Source of the DNA: Thermoplasmatota archaeon
GTDB lineage: Archaea > Thermoplasmatota > E2 > UBA202 > JdFR-43
Direction of reading: 5' to 3'
Length of the DNA: 64,000 bases
Assembly (NCBI GenBank): GCA_029259055.1
Contig: JAPDJP010000012.1
Span: forward strand, 59,883 to 123,882
Shown here piece by piece: positions 17,993 to 26,828 of this stretch (within the stretch, counting starts at the first letter, position 1; every line of letters starts with the position of its first letter). A program made the translations under genes and the position numbers. Under the pieces are notes generated by a model that saw only the letters and a list, made by a program, of their open reading frames with translations, searched no databases and had not been told where the DNA came from.

Positions 17993-20410
17993 TCATCGGT
18001 TGCAGTAAAATGAAATTAAAACATCACTTATATACCATCCGTTATTTCCCATAATACCACCTATATTACATAATGTAGTAGGTGGTGTTGTATCTTCAAC
18101 GAGTGGTAAATAATCTCCTCCATTCATATTTCCATTACAATTGTAAGGAATAAGGGTGTCCCCTATTCCGTCATTATTTGTATCTATACCCATATAATCT
18201 GACCAATAGTTTCCACCTAAATATGGTCCCCCCACTATATTCTTACCGGCTATTTTAGCAATATTCCATATATTTGTTCCACTGGTGCATTCGCAAGCAT
18301 TTATTGTGTTATTGAAATAATTGTTGTATATTAGATTATCTATAGAGGAGGGTAAGCTTATTCCTACATTGTTCTCAAATATGTAATTGCTAATTATTTT
18401 ATTCATACAGCACTGCATTAATAAAATACCCTGGCCATTACAATATATTCTGTTACCAATTATTCTAATATTTGTACAATCTTCTACTAAAATACCAACA
18501 CTATTGTTATATATGGAATTATTTTTGATTAGTGGGAATAAAATACTATTACTCATCCAGCAACTATCCTTTATGTATATACCTTTGTCGTTATTATAGA
18601 TGTTACAATTCTTAACAATTAATCTATGATGTCCTCTTATAAAAATGCCATATAATCCATTTTTAATTGTTAAATTCTTTATTATTGCATCTGCCGAAAT
18701 ATTAAATACTGGTTTTGTGGTGTTTCCGATAATGATGGCATTTTTACTATTCCCGATAATATTTATCTCCTTATTTATTTTGATACTTTCGTTATAGATA
18801 CCACTAAATACGTAAACTGTTCCACCTTCTGCAACTGCATCTATTGCATCCTGTATTTTATCAAAATGATTATATTGCCATCCAGGAGTATAGTAATTGA
18901 AATCATCATCTACGTATACGGTTGTTGGAGGAGAAAAATGCTTTGTTTCAAGACTTAAGGAAGGATCTCCATAGAGAATATAATCGTATAAATTTCTAAG
19001 GCGTTTTATCATTGTTTTATTACTTTCTTGGCTAAAATTATTTTGGGAACAATATCTCAAAGTATAATTATACTTTGCATCATATAATGCCTCTCCCACA
19101 CTTTTACCATCAATTAGTTCTTCGAAGAAATAACATACTAAATCTTGCAAACCGTCTCCTTTCTTTTCCCACCATGGTGTGAAATGGCTGGGACGTGTGG
19201 CTCCAATATATGCAACAGCTCCATTACGGAGAAGACGGACACCTAATGAGCTTATATTTGGAGTTGCGGTCCAGCAAGCAAAAGCAAAAACAATGCTATC
19301 ATTATTTAACATAGAAGTTGAGGCAGTATCAATGAATGGTATATCTTCTAATTCGAAAGATTGTGGTACATGATCTCCACAATAAATAATGGAATATGGG
19401 GGTATTATTTGAGCATGGGGAGTATCATATTTCCAGATATGACGGTATGCTGCCCGCTTGCCGCCATGCGATTGCCAAAAGACAATTCCATAGCCTTTAT
19501 TCCACTCATTAATTACATTTGTATAGTTTAAAGAATAATCGCCTATATAAGTAGAAGGATCTACGCCTTCGGTTTCATACATTGTTGTGACGCTATAATT
19601 TTGTAGGATATTATCTTTCAGATATTCACATAAAGTAGCGCCATCGGTTTTGCAATTAAATATTTTTCCACCTCTATTTTCATTTTTATAAACTAGAATA
19701 GCTCCAAGTAGCAACGCTTTTTTCTTCCATTCTCCGTCATCTTGTTCAAACTTTATGGTTCTATTCAGTATAGATCGTAAGATATCTAACGGATTATTAT
19801 TGGTATTGTTATTGATATTATTGATATTATTATTTATATTACCTATGTTATTAATATTTATCTCAACATTATTTGAATTAATGTGAATGGGTATCCTACC
19901 TACATAAACATCCGGCTTAGGCTCAAAACCAAAATTAACAAAATTTTCGTATGCACCTGGTGGATCTCCCCAATCTATTGTTAAATTTACATAATAATAG
20001 TCAGTTGGTATGTCCCGATAATTTTTTTGGGTTTCATTTGGGTCTACACGGAAAGTTTTCATTGGAATGGTATCGTTATCACCGATTATCAAAACATATT
20101 TTATGCCCCATGGTTGGGAATAATTTTTTAGGAAATTCCTTATCTTCTCCTGCAGATTATCACCAGTAAAGGCATTGTCAATCCAAGAAATATTCACTAT
20201 TTTAACTGAGTGACCAGTTCCCCATTTCCAGACAGAGAAATTTATTATTGCTGGAACGAGTTTATCCACAGTTATTATAACATAATCATATTTTGGAAAA
20301 TTTATGCATGTGCTTATATGTATGGATGGGCTCGTAAAACCTTTGCTAATTGGAGGGATACCTATTAATAGCATACAACAGACTACCACCATCCATTTCT
20401 GCCCTTTCAT
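17993..20410 (-). CDS. Large secreted protein: signal peptide, peptidase C25 (gingipain)-like domain, Asn-rich low-complexity linker, parallel beta-helix repeats. The C-terminal part continues in ORF 17560..17946 after an apparent frameshift.
   Basis: 805 aa. Signal peptide MKGQKWMVVVCCMLLIGIPP. C25-like motifs KYVLIIGDNDTIP, WQSHGG and FAFACWT. Repeated beta-helix-like segments (NCNIYNNDKGIYI..., NNSIYNNSVGILV..., GNRIYCNGQGILL...). Confidence 0.55.
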   Translation of the reverse strand: MKGQKWMVVVCCMLLIGIPPISKGFTSPSIHISTCINFPKYDYVIITVDKLVPAIINFSVWKWGTGHSVKIVNISWIDNAFTGDNLQEKIRNFLKNYSQPWGIKYVLIIGDNDTIPMKTFRVDPNETQKNYRDIPTDYYYVNLTIDWGDPPGAYENFVNFGFEPKPDVYVGRIPIHINSNNVEININNIGNINNNINNINNNTNNNPLDILRSILNRTIKFEQDDGEWKKKALLLGAILVYKNENRGGKIFNCKTDGATLCEYLKDNILQNYSVTTMYETEGVDPSTYIGDYSLNYTNVINEWNKGYGIVFWQSHGGKRAAYRHIWKYDTPHAQIIPPYSIIYCGDHVPQSFELEDIPFIDTASTSMLNNDSIVFAFACWTATPNISSLGVRLLRNGAVAYIGATRPSHFTPWWEKKGDGLQDLVCYFFEELIDGKSVGEALYDAKYNYTLRYCSQNNFSQESNKTMIKRLRNLYDYILYGDPSLSLETKHFSPPTTVYVDDDFNYYTPGWQYNHFDKIQDAIDAVAEGGTVYVFSGIYNESIKINKEINIIGNSKNAIIIGNTTKPVFNISADAIIKNLTIKNGLYGIFIRGHHRLIVKNCNIYNNDKGIYIKDSCWMSNSILFPLIKNNSIYNNSVGILVEDCTNIRIIGNRIYCNGQGILLMQCCMNKIISNYIFENNVGISLPSSIDNLIYNNYFNNTINACECTSGTNIWNIAKIAGKNIVGGPYLGGNYWSDYMGIDTNNDGIGDTLIPYNCNGNMNGGDYLPLVEDTTPPTTLCNIGGIMGNNGWYISDVLISFYCNR

Positions 20411-20628
20411 AAACGGAATTTTTTAAAAAATTTAAAAATTTATTGCATCAATACATCCTATAAAAAATGGCATAAAAAAGTATAGTTAGGAATATAAACA
20501 AAATTATTGAATATTCTATGGCAAATTTTATATTGTAAATAATAAAGGTTGTACATATCGCAAGAGATGTTAAAAATGATAGGAAAAGAGGCATCACTAT
20601 CCTAAATTTTTTTATTAGCATTTTTATA

Positions 20629-21801
20629 TTACATTAGATATTTCTTCGCTAAAACTAATAGAGAAGGTTTCTTTATCAATTTTTTTATGAAAAAGTTAAG
20701 TTTTGCCTGTGTCAAGGCATATATATCTTCTCCCTGTAAAATCTCCGCCAATAATTCAAAATCTTTATCTTCCAACTTTTCCAAAAAAGCTCTAAGTTTC
20801 ATTAACTTCTTCGTTTTTTCTCCGTATTCTTCCTCCCATTTCTTTTCGTATTCCTTTAATCTTTCTTTTGATAAGTCATTTTCTTTTAAAGCTTTATTCG
20901 CGACCTCAGCAGCCATTAATGAGGAATGAATAGCTCTGTAAATACCCCCACCATGGATTGGATTCACAAGTTGAGCAGCGTCCCCAACAAGCATTACACC
21001 ATCTGTAACCATTTCCGTAAAATGGGCAACTGGTACTCCACCCGCATTTATTTCAATTGGCTGTGCATTTCTAAAGATTTCTTCGTGCTCTTCTATAAAT
21101 TTTTTAAGATAGTCATATGCCCTCATTTTTGCTTGTTTTACCAATATTCCAAGGCCAACATTAAAAGAAAAAGCTTTTGGAAAAATCCATGCATAGCCCA
21201 GAGGAGCAACTTCTCTTCCAAAAAATATGTGAATATATTTATTTTCTATGTTCAAACCAGCCATTTCAAATTGTATGCCCGAATGATAATCTGTAATTTT
21301 ATTTGTAGTATTCAAACCAGCCCATCTTCCGACCTTGCTTTCTACCCCATCTGCTCCAACAACAAGTTTTGCTTCAATTTCTTTTATACCTTCTATTGTT
21401 TTAACTTTTAATAGCCAGTTACCATTTTTTCTTTCCATATCTATTGCTTGAGCTTTAACCATATATCTTGCTCCTTCTTTTATTGCCTCTGCTGCCAACC
21501 ATTTTTCAAATATTTTTCTTTCCAATACATATCCTTCCATTTCCTCTCCTTCCATGAGCACTTTTTTGCCAGATGGAGAATAAAGTATTGCTCCCTTTAT
21601 TCTACCAAAAATACATAAAGGATGAATCTTCATTTCTAGCTTATCTAAGCCATGCTTTGTAACTCCTTCAGCACATCTTTTTGGGCAACCAATCTCCTGT
21701 TTTTTCTCAACCACCAAGACATCATAACCATAAGAAGCCATTTCTTTAGCCATTACACTCCCAGCTGGACCAGCTCCAACTATTAAACAATCTACCTTCA
21801 T
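20629..21801 (-). CDS. Geranylgeranyl reductase (digeranylgeranylglycerophospholipid reductase, FAD-dependent)
   Basis: 390 aa. N-terminal dinucleotide-binding motif DCLIVGAGPAGS and the conserved CPKRCAEG-type Cys motif. Length and architecture are typical of archaeal GGR. Confidence 0.85.
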   Translation of the reverse strand: MKVDCLIVGAGPAGSVMAKEMASYGYDVLVVEKKQEIGCPKRCAEGVTKHGLDKLEMKIHPLCIFGRIKGAILYSPSGKKVLMEGEEMEGYVLERKIFEKWLAAEAIKEGARYMVKAQAIDMERKNGNWLLKVKTIEGIKEIEAKLVVGADGVESKVGRWAGLNTTNKITDYHSGIQFEMAGLNIENKYIHIFFGREVAPLGYAWIFPKAFSFNVGLGILVKQAKMRAYDYLKKFIEEHEEIFRNAQPIEINAGGVPVAHFTEMVTDGVMLVGDAAQLVNPIHGGGIYRAIHSSLMAAEVANKALKENDLSKERLKEYEKKWEEEYGEKTKKLMKLRAFLEKLEDKDFELLAEILQGEDIYALTQAKLNFFIKKLIKKPSLLVLAKKYLM

Positions 21802-21802
21802 T

Positions 21803-21967
21803 TTATCCCTCTAATGCTCCAACGGGGCAAAATTCGACACAGGTTCCACAATCAACGCATTTTTCATTTATTTCGATTCTAATCTCATGCAGTGTAATTG
21901 CATCTACTGGACATACGCCAACGCATCCTCCACAATATAGACAGGCATCATAATTTATCTTTACCAT
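21803..21967 (-). CDS. Small 2x[4Fe-4S] ferredoxin immediately upstream of (and co-oriented with) GGR; not in the ORF track
   Basis: Manual translation of the minus strand gives [54 protein letters not shown]. Its stop is 1 nt before the GGR ATG. Confidence 0.75.
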   Translation of the reverse strand: MVKINYDACLYCGGCVGVCPVDAITLHEIRIEINEKCVDCGTCVEFCPVGALEG

Positions 21968-22021
21968 CGTTCAAAAAATACAGAAAGTTTTTATATTTTC
22001 CTATCTTCAAAAACTTTATTT

Positions 22022-22798
22022 ATGCATCACCCATATAATCATATGTTGCTTGAAATAGCTATTCTAATTATATTTTTGCTTATAATAATTCTTGCATCAG
22101 CAATAAAAATTGTAAGAGAATATGAAAGAGGTGTAATATTTAGGCTTGGGCGCCTTGTTGGGGCAAAGGGGCCCGGATTATTTTTCATTATACCAATTTT
22201 TGATAAAATGGTGAAGGTCGATCTGAGAGAGCATGTAATGGATGTTCCAGTGCAAGAAGCAATTACTTCAGACAATGTTCCAGTTAGAGTAAATGCTGTT
22301 GTTTATTTCAGAGTAATGAATCCAGAAGATGCTGTAGTAAAAATACAAAATTACATGATAGCAACAAGTCAAATGGCTCAAACAACTTTAAGGAGCATAA
22401 TTGGGCAAGTAGAATTGGATGATTTGCTTAAGGAAAGGGAAAAAATTAATCAACGCTTACAAGCCATACTGGATGAAGCAACAGACGCATGGGGAGTAAA
22501 AGTTACAGCTGTGGAGATAAAAGATGTTGAAATTCCAGAAGGTATGCAACGTGCCATGGCAAGGGCGGCGGAAGCTGAGAGAGAAAGGCGGAGCAGAATA
22601 ATAGCAGCAGAAGGTGAGTTGCAAGCAGCAGAAAAATTAACACAAGCAGCAAAAATTATAGCAAGCGAGCCTGCTGCTATTCAACTTAGAACATTACAAA
22701 CTTTGGCTGAGATATCTGCGGAAGGCACAACAAAGATTTTCTTCCCGTTTCCATTGGAATTAATAAAGCCTTTCTTACAAGAAAAGGAGAAGAAGTAG
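22022..22798 (+). CDS. SPFH/band-7 (stomatin/prohibitin-like) membrane protein
   Basis: N-terminal TM helix, then a PHB domain (...[42 protein letters not shown]...) and a C-terminal coiled-coil with [10 protein letters not shown]. The true start is probably the internal Met (MLLEIAIL..). Confidence 0.85.
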   Translation: MHHPYNHMLLEIAILIIFLLIIILASAIKIVREYERGVIFRLGRLVGAKGPGLFFIIPIFDKMVKVDLREHVMDVPVQEAITSDNVPVRVNAVVYFRVMNPEDAVVKIQNYMIATSQMAQTTLRSIIGQVELDDLLKEREKINQRLQAILDEATDAWGVKVTAVEIKDVEIPEGMQRAMARAAEAERERRSRIIAAEGELQAAEKLTQAAKIIASEPAAIQLRTLQTLAEISAEGTTKIFFPFPLELIKPFLQEKEKK

Positions 22799-22824
22799 GC
22801 TAAAGATTCATAGATTCTAAAGAT

Positions 22825-24936
22825 TCATAGATTTATAATGAATACTTCCCTCTCATCCCACTCACTTTTTCCATTTGTTGCATATGCAACAACCTTTATT
22901 TTATATTCTCCTCTTGCTTTTTCATCCCATTTCCACTCAAAAGGCTCGTTCGAAACAGTTACCTTTAGCTCATCATTTATATAGAAATTAACTTTTTCTA
23001 ATTTTCCTGGTGGATCTGTTTCAACATTTACTTTAATTGTTATGCCACCAAGTATTATTGTCTTATTGATAAAACTGAAAAATGGGCCCCTATCTATTAC
23101 ATACAAACCATTTAATGGTTTAGTGATTTCTAAGCTTATGTTTATTTTTTCTTCAGGTTCTTTTATAGCTACTTGAGGGTCTCCAAATAAGTTTGTTTGA
23201 TAATACGTCCATCTCATTCCATTTTCATTTATTCTCCACACGTTATCTTCCTTAGAAAAATGATTTGCCCTTCCTACTTCTTTTATATCCTCTTCAAATA
23301 ATCCTTTGAAGAAGGATAAATCATATCTCTGGCCAGGAGAATCCGTACTATTTTCTCTTCCTAATCCATAACGAGAATTCATAATACAAGCAAAAGCTCC
23401 GTATTCATCACATGTTAAATGCTCTGCAAAACAGTCATCTTCATAATATCTATCTTCAGGATACCAGTTATCGAAAGAGCCAGCTAAGCAGGTTTGCGAA
23501 TATAAAAAGAAATATTTAGTGTTATGTAAAAGCTTCAAATCACTATTATGAAGTTTCAATGCATAAGTGGTCCATCCGTGCCCATCATGATTTATGATGT
23601 GTACTCCATTATTTATAACATCTGCCAAATTATATTTATCCCAATACATGAGTTTATCATACATTCTAGTTATATTGTATACGGGAGGAATCAATTTCAT
23701 AACTTCATCTTTATGATTTCCTCCCCATTCCGCCTCCCCGCCAAATCCTAAATATTCTCCAAGTAAAAGAACCTGTATTATGTAATTATCAGTAGTTTCT
23801 TCATACGAAATTGTTTTTTGAATAAAATTATTTACCTCCTTTATGTTATCAACGCAAGCTCTCCCGACCCATACTTCTGCGAATAAATCCGCTTCATCGC
23901 CATTTCCTTTGCTATTTTCAGTTGCATTTTCTCCCCATCTTGTATCATGGTCATTATTAAAGCTTCCATCTAAACAGGCATAGTATACATCAGATGGAAT
24001 ATACGCTTCTAAAACATCTTGATTATCTAAAGGCAAACCAACGGATGTTGCATATAAATAGCGGGGTGGTATTATATTACTGCTCTCATTTTTAATATCT
24101 CCATCCCCTCCTAACAAAACATAATCTATTCCCCAATTTAGATAGGCATATCTGATGAAATTTCTTATTTTTGCCTGAGTATCATTAAACATTCTCGTCT
24201 TATTCCAAAAATCTTTATTGTTAACGATTTCTTCAACACTTACAATTTTTGTTTTTATCCCTTTACTTTCTTTATACTCTGCAAGTTGCTGAAAAGCTTC
24301 TTTAAAATCATTAGCTGTTATTATCAAATATTCGTATTCTTCTAAAGCATCTTTAGTTGGGTATGTATCAATTATCCATGGATTATAAACAAATTTTCTA
24401 ATCCATTCTTTATCTTTCTTTAATCCCCTATACAATGGATTTACTTTTCCCTCCTTAAGCTCTATCTCCACTTTTATTTTATCTCTATAAAAAATTTTTC
24501 CATTATCATATGAAATTGGAAATATATTCATAACCAGTATATTATAACCTCTCAGCCCATATATGCCCACTTTTTCGTATAATTTTTCTATTTTGTTTCC
24601 ATGCTTTATTTCTATTTTTCTTCCTTTTATTATGATGGGTTTTTCCTTCTCTAAATTATAATTTCCTATAAATTTCTCTTCACCTTTTACAACTATCTTT
24701 TTTACATCTTTTTTAAAAGGTAATAAAATATAAACCGGCTTAACTGGTATCAACAAACCTTTATAATTATATGGATAACAACCTTCCAATTCTATTCTAT
24801 ATTCATTTCCTATCCGTTTTATTGTTGGTTTATCAAATTTAAATTCTAAAAGTATTTTTTCTTCCTTGGCAAAAGATGGAATAATTGTTGCTAAAAGCAT
24901 TATCATAACCATAAAACAAATTAACTTTTTTGTCAT
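22825..24936 (-). CDS. Secreted peptidase C25 (gingipain)-like protein with C-terminal Ig-like/beta-sandwich domain
   Basis: 703 aa. Signal peptide MTKKLICFMVMIMLLATIIPSFA. C25-like motifs DYVLLGGDGD...IPP, HIINHDGHGW (His) and SQTCLAGSFDNW (Cys). Confidence 0.55.
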   Translation of the reverse strand: MTKKLICFMVMIMLLATIIPSFAKEEKILLEFKFDKPTIKRIGNEYRIELEGCYPYNYKGLLIPVKPVYILLPFKKDVKKIVVKGEEKFIGNYNLEKEKPIIIKGRKIEIKHGNKIEKLYEKVGIYGLRGYNILVMNIFPISYDNGKIFYRDKIKVEIELKEGKVNPLYRGLKKDKEWIRKFVYNPWIIDTYPTKDALEEYEYLIITANDFKEAFQQLAEYKESKGIKTKIVSVEEIVNNKDFWNKTRMFNDTQAKIRNFIRYAYLNWGIDYVLLGGDGDIKNESSNIIPPRYLYATSVGLPLDNQDVLEAYIPSDVYYACLDGSFNNDHDTRWGENATENSKGNGDEADLFAEVWVGRACVDNIKEVNNFIQKTISYEETTDNYIIQVLLLGEYLGFGGEAEWGGNHKDEVMKLIPPVYNITRMYDKLMYWDKYNLADVINNGVHIINHDGHGWTTYALKLHNSDLKLLHNTKYFFLYSQTCLAGSFDNWYPEDRYYEDDCFAEHLTCDEYGAFACIMNSRYGLGRENSTDSPGQRYDLSFFKGLFEEDIKEVGRANHFSKEDNVWRINENGMRWTYYQTNLFGDPQVAIKEPEEKINISLEITKPLNGLYVIDRGPFFSFINKTIILGGITIKVNVETDPPGKLEKVNFYINDELKVTVSNEPFEWKWDEKARGEYKIKVVAYATNGKSEWDEREVFIINL

Positions 24937-25028
24937 GATTTCTTAAATTTTTATGAATATATAAAATTAAGCATCAAATTGATAGCAAGCATACAAAAAT
25001 TTAATTAAGAATTATTTTATCCAAAAAC

Positions 25029-26324
25029 ATGATAATTGACCCATGGGGAAGCCAGAAATATGAATACGAGAAATTATTCGAAAATTTTGGAATAGAAAGA
25101 TTTGAAGAAAGATTATGGAAAGACCTGCCAAATCCTCCTTTTTTCTTTAGGAGGAAAATAGTTTTTGGGCATAGAGGATTTGATATTATAAAAAATGCCA
25201 TTAAAAAGAGGCTACCCTGGACTATTTTAACTGGATTAATGCCATCTGGAAAAATGCATTTTGGACATAAGATAGTAATTGACCAGGTCATTTATTATCA
25301 AAGTATTGGAGCAGATATACATATTGCTGTAGCGGATATAGAAGCCTTTGCAACAAGAGGATATTCATTAAAAGATGCAAAAAAAATTGCAATTGATGAA
25401 TATATTTTGAATTATATTGCATTAGGTTTAAAGCCATGCAGGATATATTTTCAATCTAAAAATGAAGATGTGAAAGATTTGGCATATATAATGGCAAAAA
25501 AATCTAACTTATCTCAAGTATTTGCAATTTATGGATTTAAAGGCTCAACAAATATGGCTCATGTTTTCGCTCCATTTATTCAAGCTGGAGACATCTTGCA
25601 CGTACAAATGGATAAATATGGGGGCCTCCGCCCTACGCTTGTGCCAGTTGGCGTCGACCAAGACCCACATATAAGATTTTGTAGGGACTTGGCAGATGCC
25701 CATCGCCTTTATAGTATTGTTCCACAAAATGAGCGTATTGGTATTTTTGTTAAAGGAGATGAAAATGTTAAGGAATTGCTGGATAATGCGGAAGAAATCG
25801 TTAATAAATATGGAGAGTTAATAGAAAGAAAAGATGATTACAAAGCAATATATGCAAAAATTAACAATTTATTTATTATAGATTATGAACTAGCAAAAAT
25901 TGAAAGAAAATTTGATGGTTTTGGCTTTCTTCTACCATCTTCAACCTATCATCGCTTCATTTCTGGATTGGACGGAAACAAAATGTCTAGTAGTAGACCA
26001 CAGTATGCTATATTTTTAACTGATGAAAATGAGGAAATAAAAAGGAAAATATGGGCGGCAAAAACAGGAGGAGCAGTATCTGCTGAGGAACAAAGGAAAT
26101 ATGGGGGGAAACCTGAAGATTGTATCATATATGAAATTTTTACGTATGGCATAATAGAAGATGACAAAGAGCTTAGCGAGATATATAATGATTGTAAAAG
26201 CGGGAAATTATTGTGCGGGCAATGTAAAAAGCTTGCTTATGAGCTTATTTCCAATTTTGTGCAGGAATTGAAAGAAGGGAGAGAGGAAGCTAAAGAAAAA
26301 ATTAAGGAATATGTAGAATACTAA
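25029..26324 (+). CDS. trpS: Tryptophan--tRNA ligase (archaeal/eukaryotic type)
   Basis: 431 aa. N-terminus DPWG...YEKLFENFGIE...FFFRRKIVFGHRGFD; class I HIGH-like GKMHFGH; KMSSS motif; GGKPEDCIIYEI. This matches euk/archaeal TrpRS patterns. Confidence 0.8.
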   Translation: MIIDPWGSQKYEYEKLFENFGIERFEERLWKDLPNPPFFFRRKIVFGHRGFDIIKNAIKKRLPWTILTGLMPSGKMHFGHKIVIDQVIYYQSIGADIHIAVADIEAFATRGYSLKDAKKIAIDEYILNYIALGLKPCRIYFQSKNEDVKDLAYIMAKKSNLSQVFAIYGFKGSTNMAHVFAPFIQAGDILHVQMDKYGGLRPTLVPVGVDQDPHIRFCRDLADAHRLYSIVPQNERIGIFVKGDENVKELLDNAEEIVNKYGELIERKDDYKAIYAKINNLFIIDYELAKIERKFDGFGFLLPSSTYHRFISGLDGNKMSSSRPQYAIFLTDENEEIKRKIWAAKTGGAVSAEEQRKYGGKPEDCIIYEIFTYGIIEDDKELSEIYNDCKSGKLLCGQCKKLAYELISNFVQELKEGREEAKEKIKEYVEY

Positions 26325-26704
26325 TATTTTTCTGCCTCAATATCCAATATACCATTTCTAAATGTTTTCTTTATTTTTTTCTTAATTTTGTATGGTAATT
26401 CTATTTCTTTTGTTCCCTCAGGAGTTTTTATTTCTATAACATTTTCTTTAACCTTTATCTTAAGGTCTTTTTCGTTTTTAATTTGTGGGAGTTCAACTGT
26501 AACATATAATTTATTTCCATCTACAATTATATCTTCCTCATCAAAATTTTCTACACTTAAGGAAAAACCTTTGACAAATGGTTGCATATTAAAAGCACTT
26601 CTAAATGCTTCTTCTATTATTTTTTCCATTTCCCTAACTATTTTTTCAAATTCTTCCATTTCTTTTTTTCTTCTTTTCTTATCCTTATCATCGTCAAATA
26701 TCAT
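26321..26704 (-). CDS. Small heat-shock protein (Hsp20/alpha-crystallin family), Lys-rich N-terminus
   Basis: 127 aa. C-terminus ...KKTFRNGILDIEAEKY resembles the Hsp20 C-terminal strand. Confidence 0.5.
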   Translation of the reverse strand: MIFDDDKDKKRRKKEMEEFEKIVREMEKIIEEAFRSAFNMQPFVKGFSLSVENFDEEDIIVDGNKLYVTVELPQIKNEKDLKIKVKENVIEIKTPEGTKEIELPYKIKKKIKKTFRNGILDIEAEKY

Positions 26705-26786
26705 TTTAAAAATAAAAGAGAGGCATTATTAAAATATTTTGTTAAATTCGGAAGTAAAATTTACAATGACAGCTTCATAAAAGGAA

Positions 26787-26815
26787 AAAAACAAAAAAAC
26801 AAAAAAAACAGGAAA
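26787..26815 (-). terminator. Oligo-T run (minus strand) immediately 3' of the 1222-aa surface-protein gene; archaeal-type terminator
   Basis: The plus strand reads aaaaaaacaaaaaaacaaaaaaaaca, giving T7-8 runs on the coding (minus) strand directly after the stop. Confidence 0.45.
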
Positions 26816-26828
26816 AGGGAGGATGGGA

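Noticed and set aside
19781-19870. Asn/Ile repeat region considered as a DNA tandem repeat or CRISPR-like element
   Set aside because: It is an imperfect trinucleotide-type microsatellite inside a coding region that maintains the frame. It is not a spacer-repeat array.
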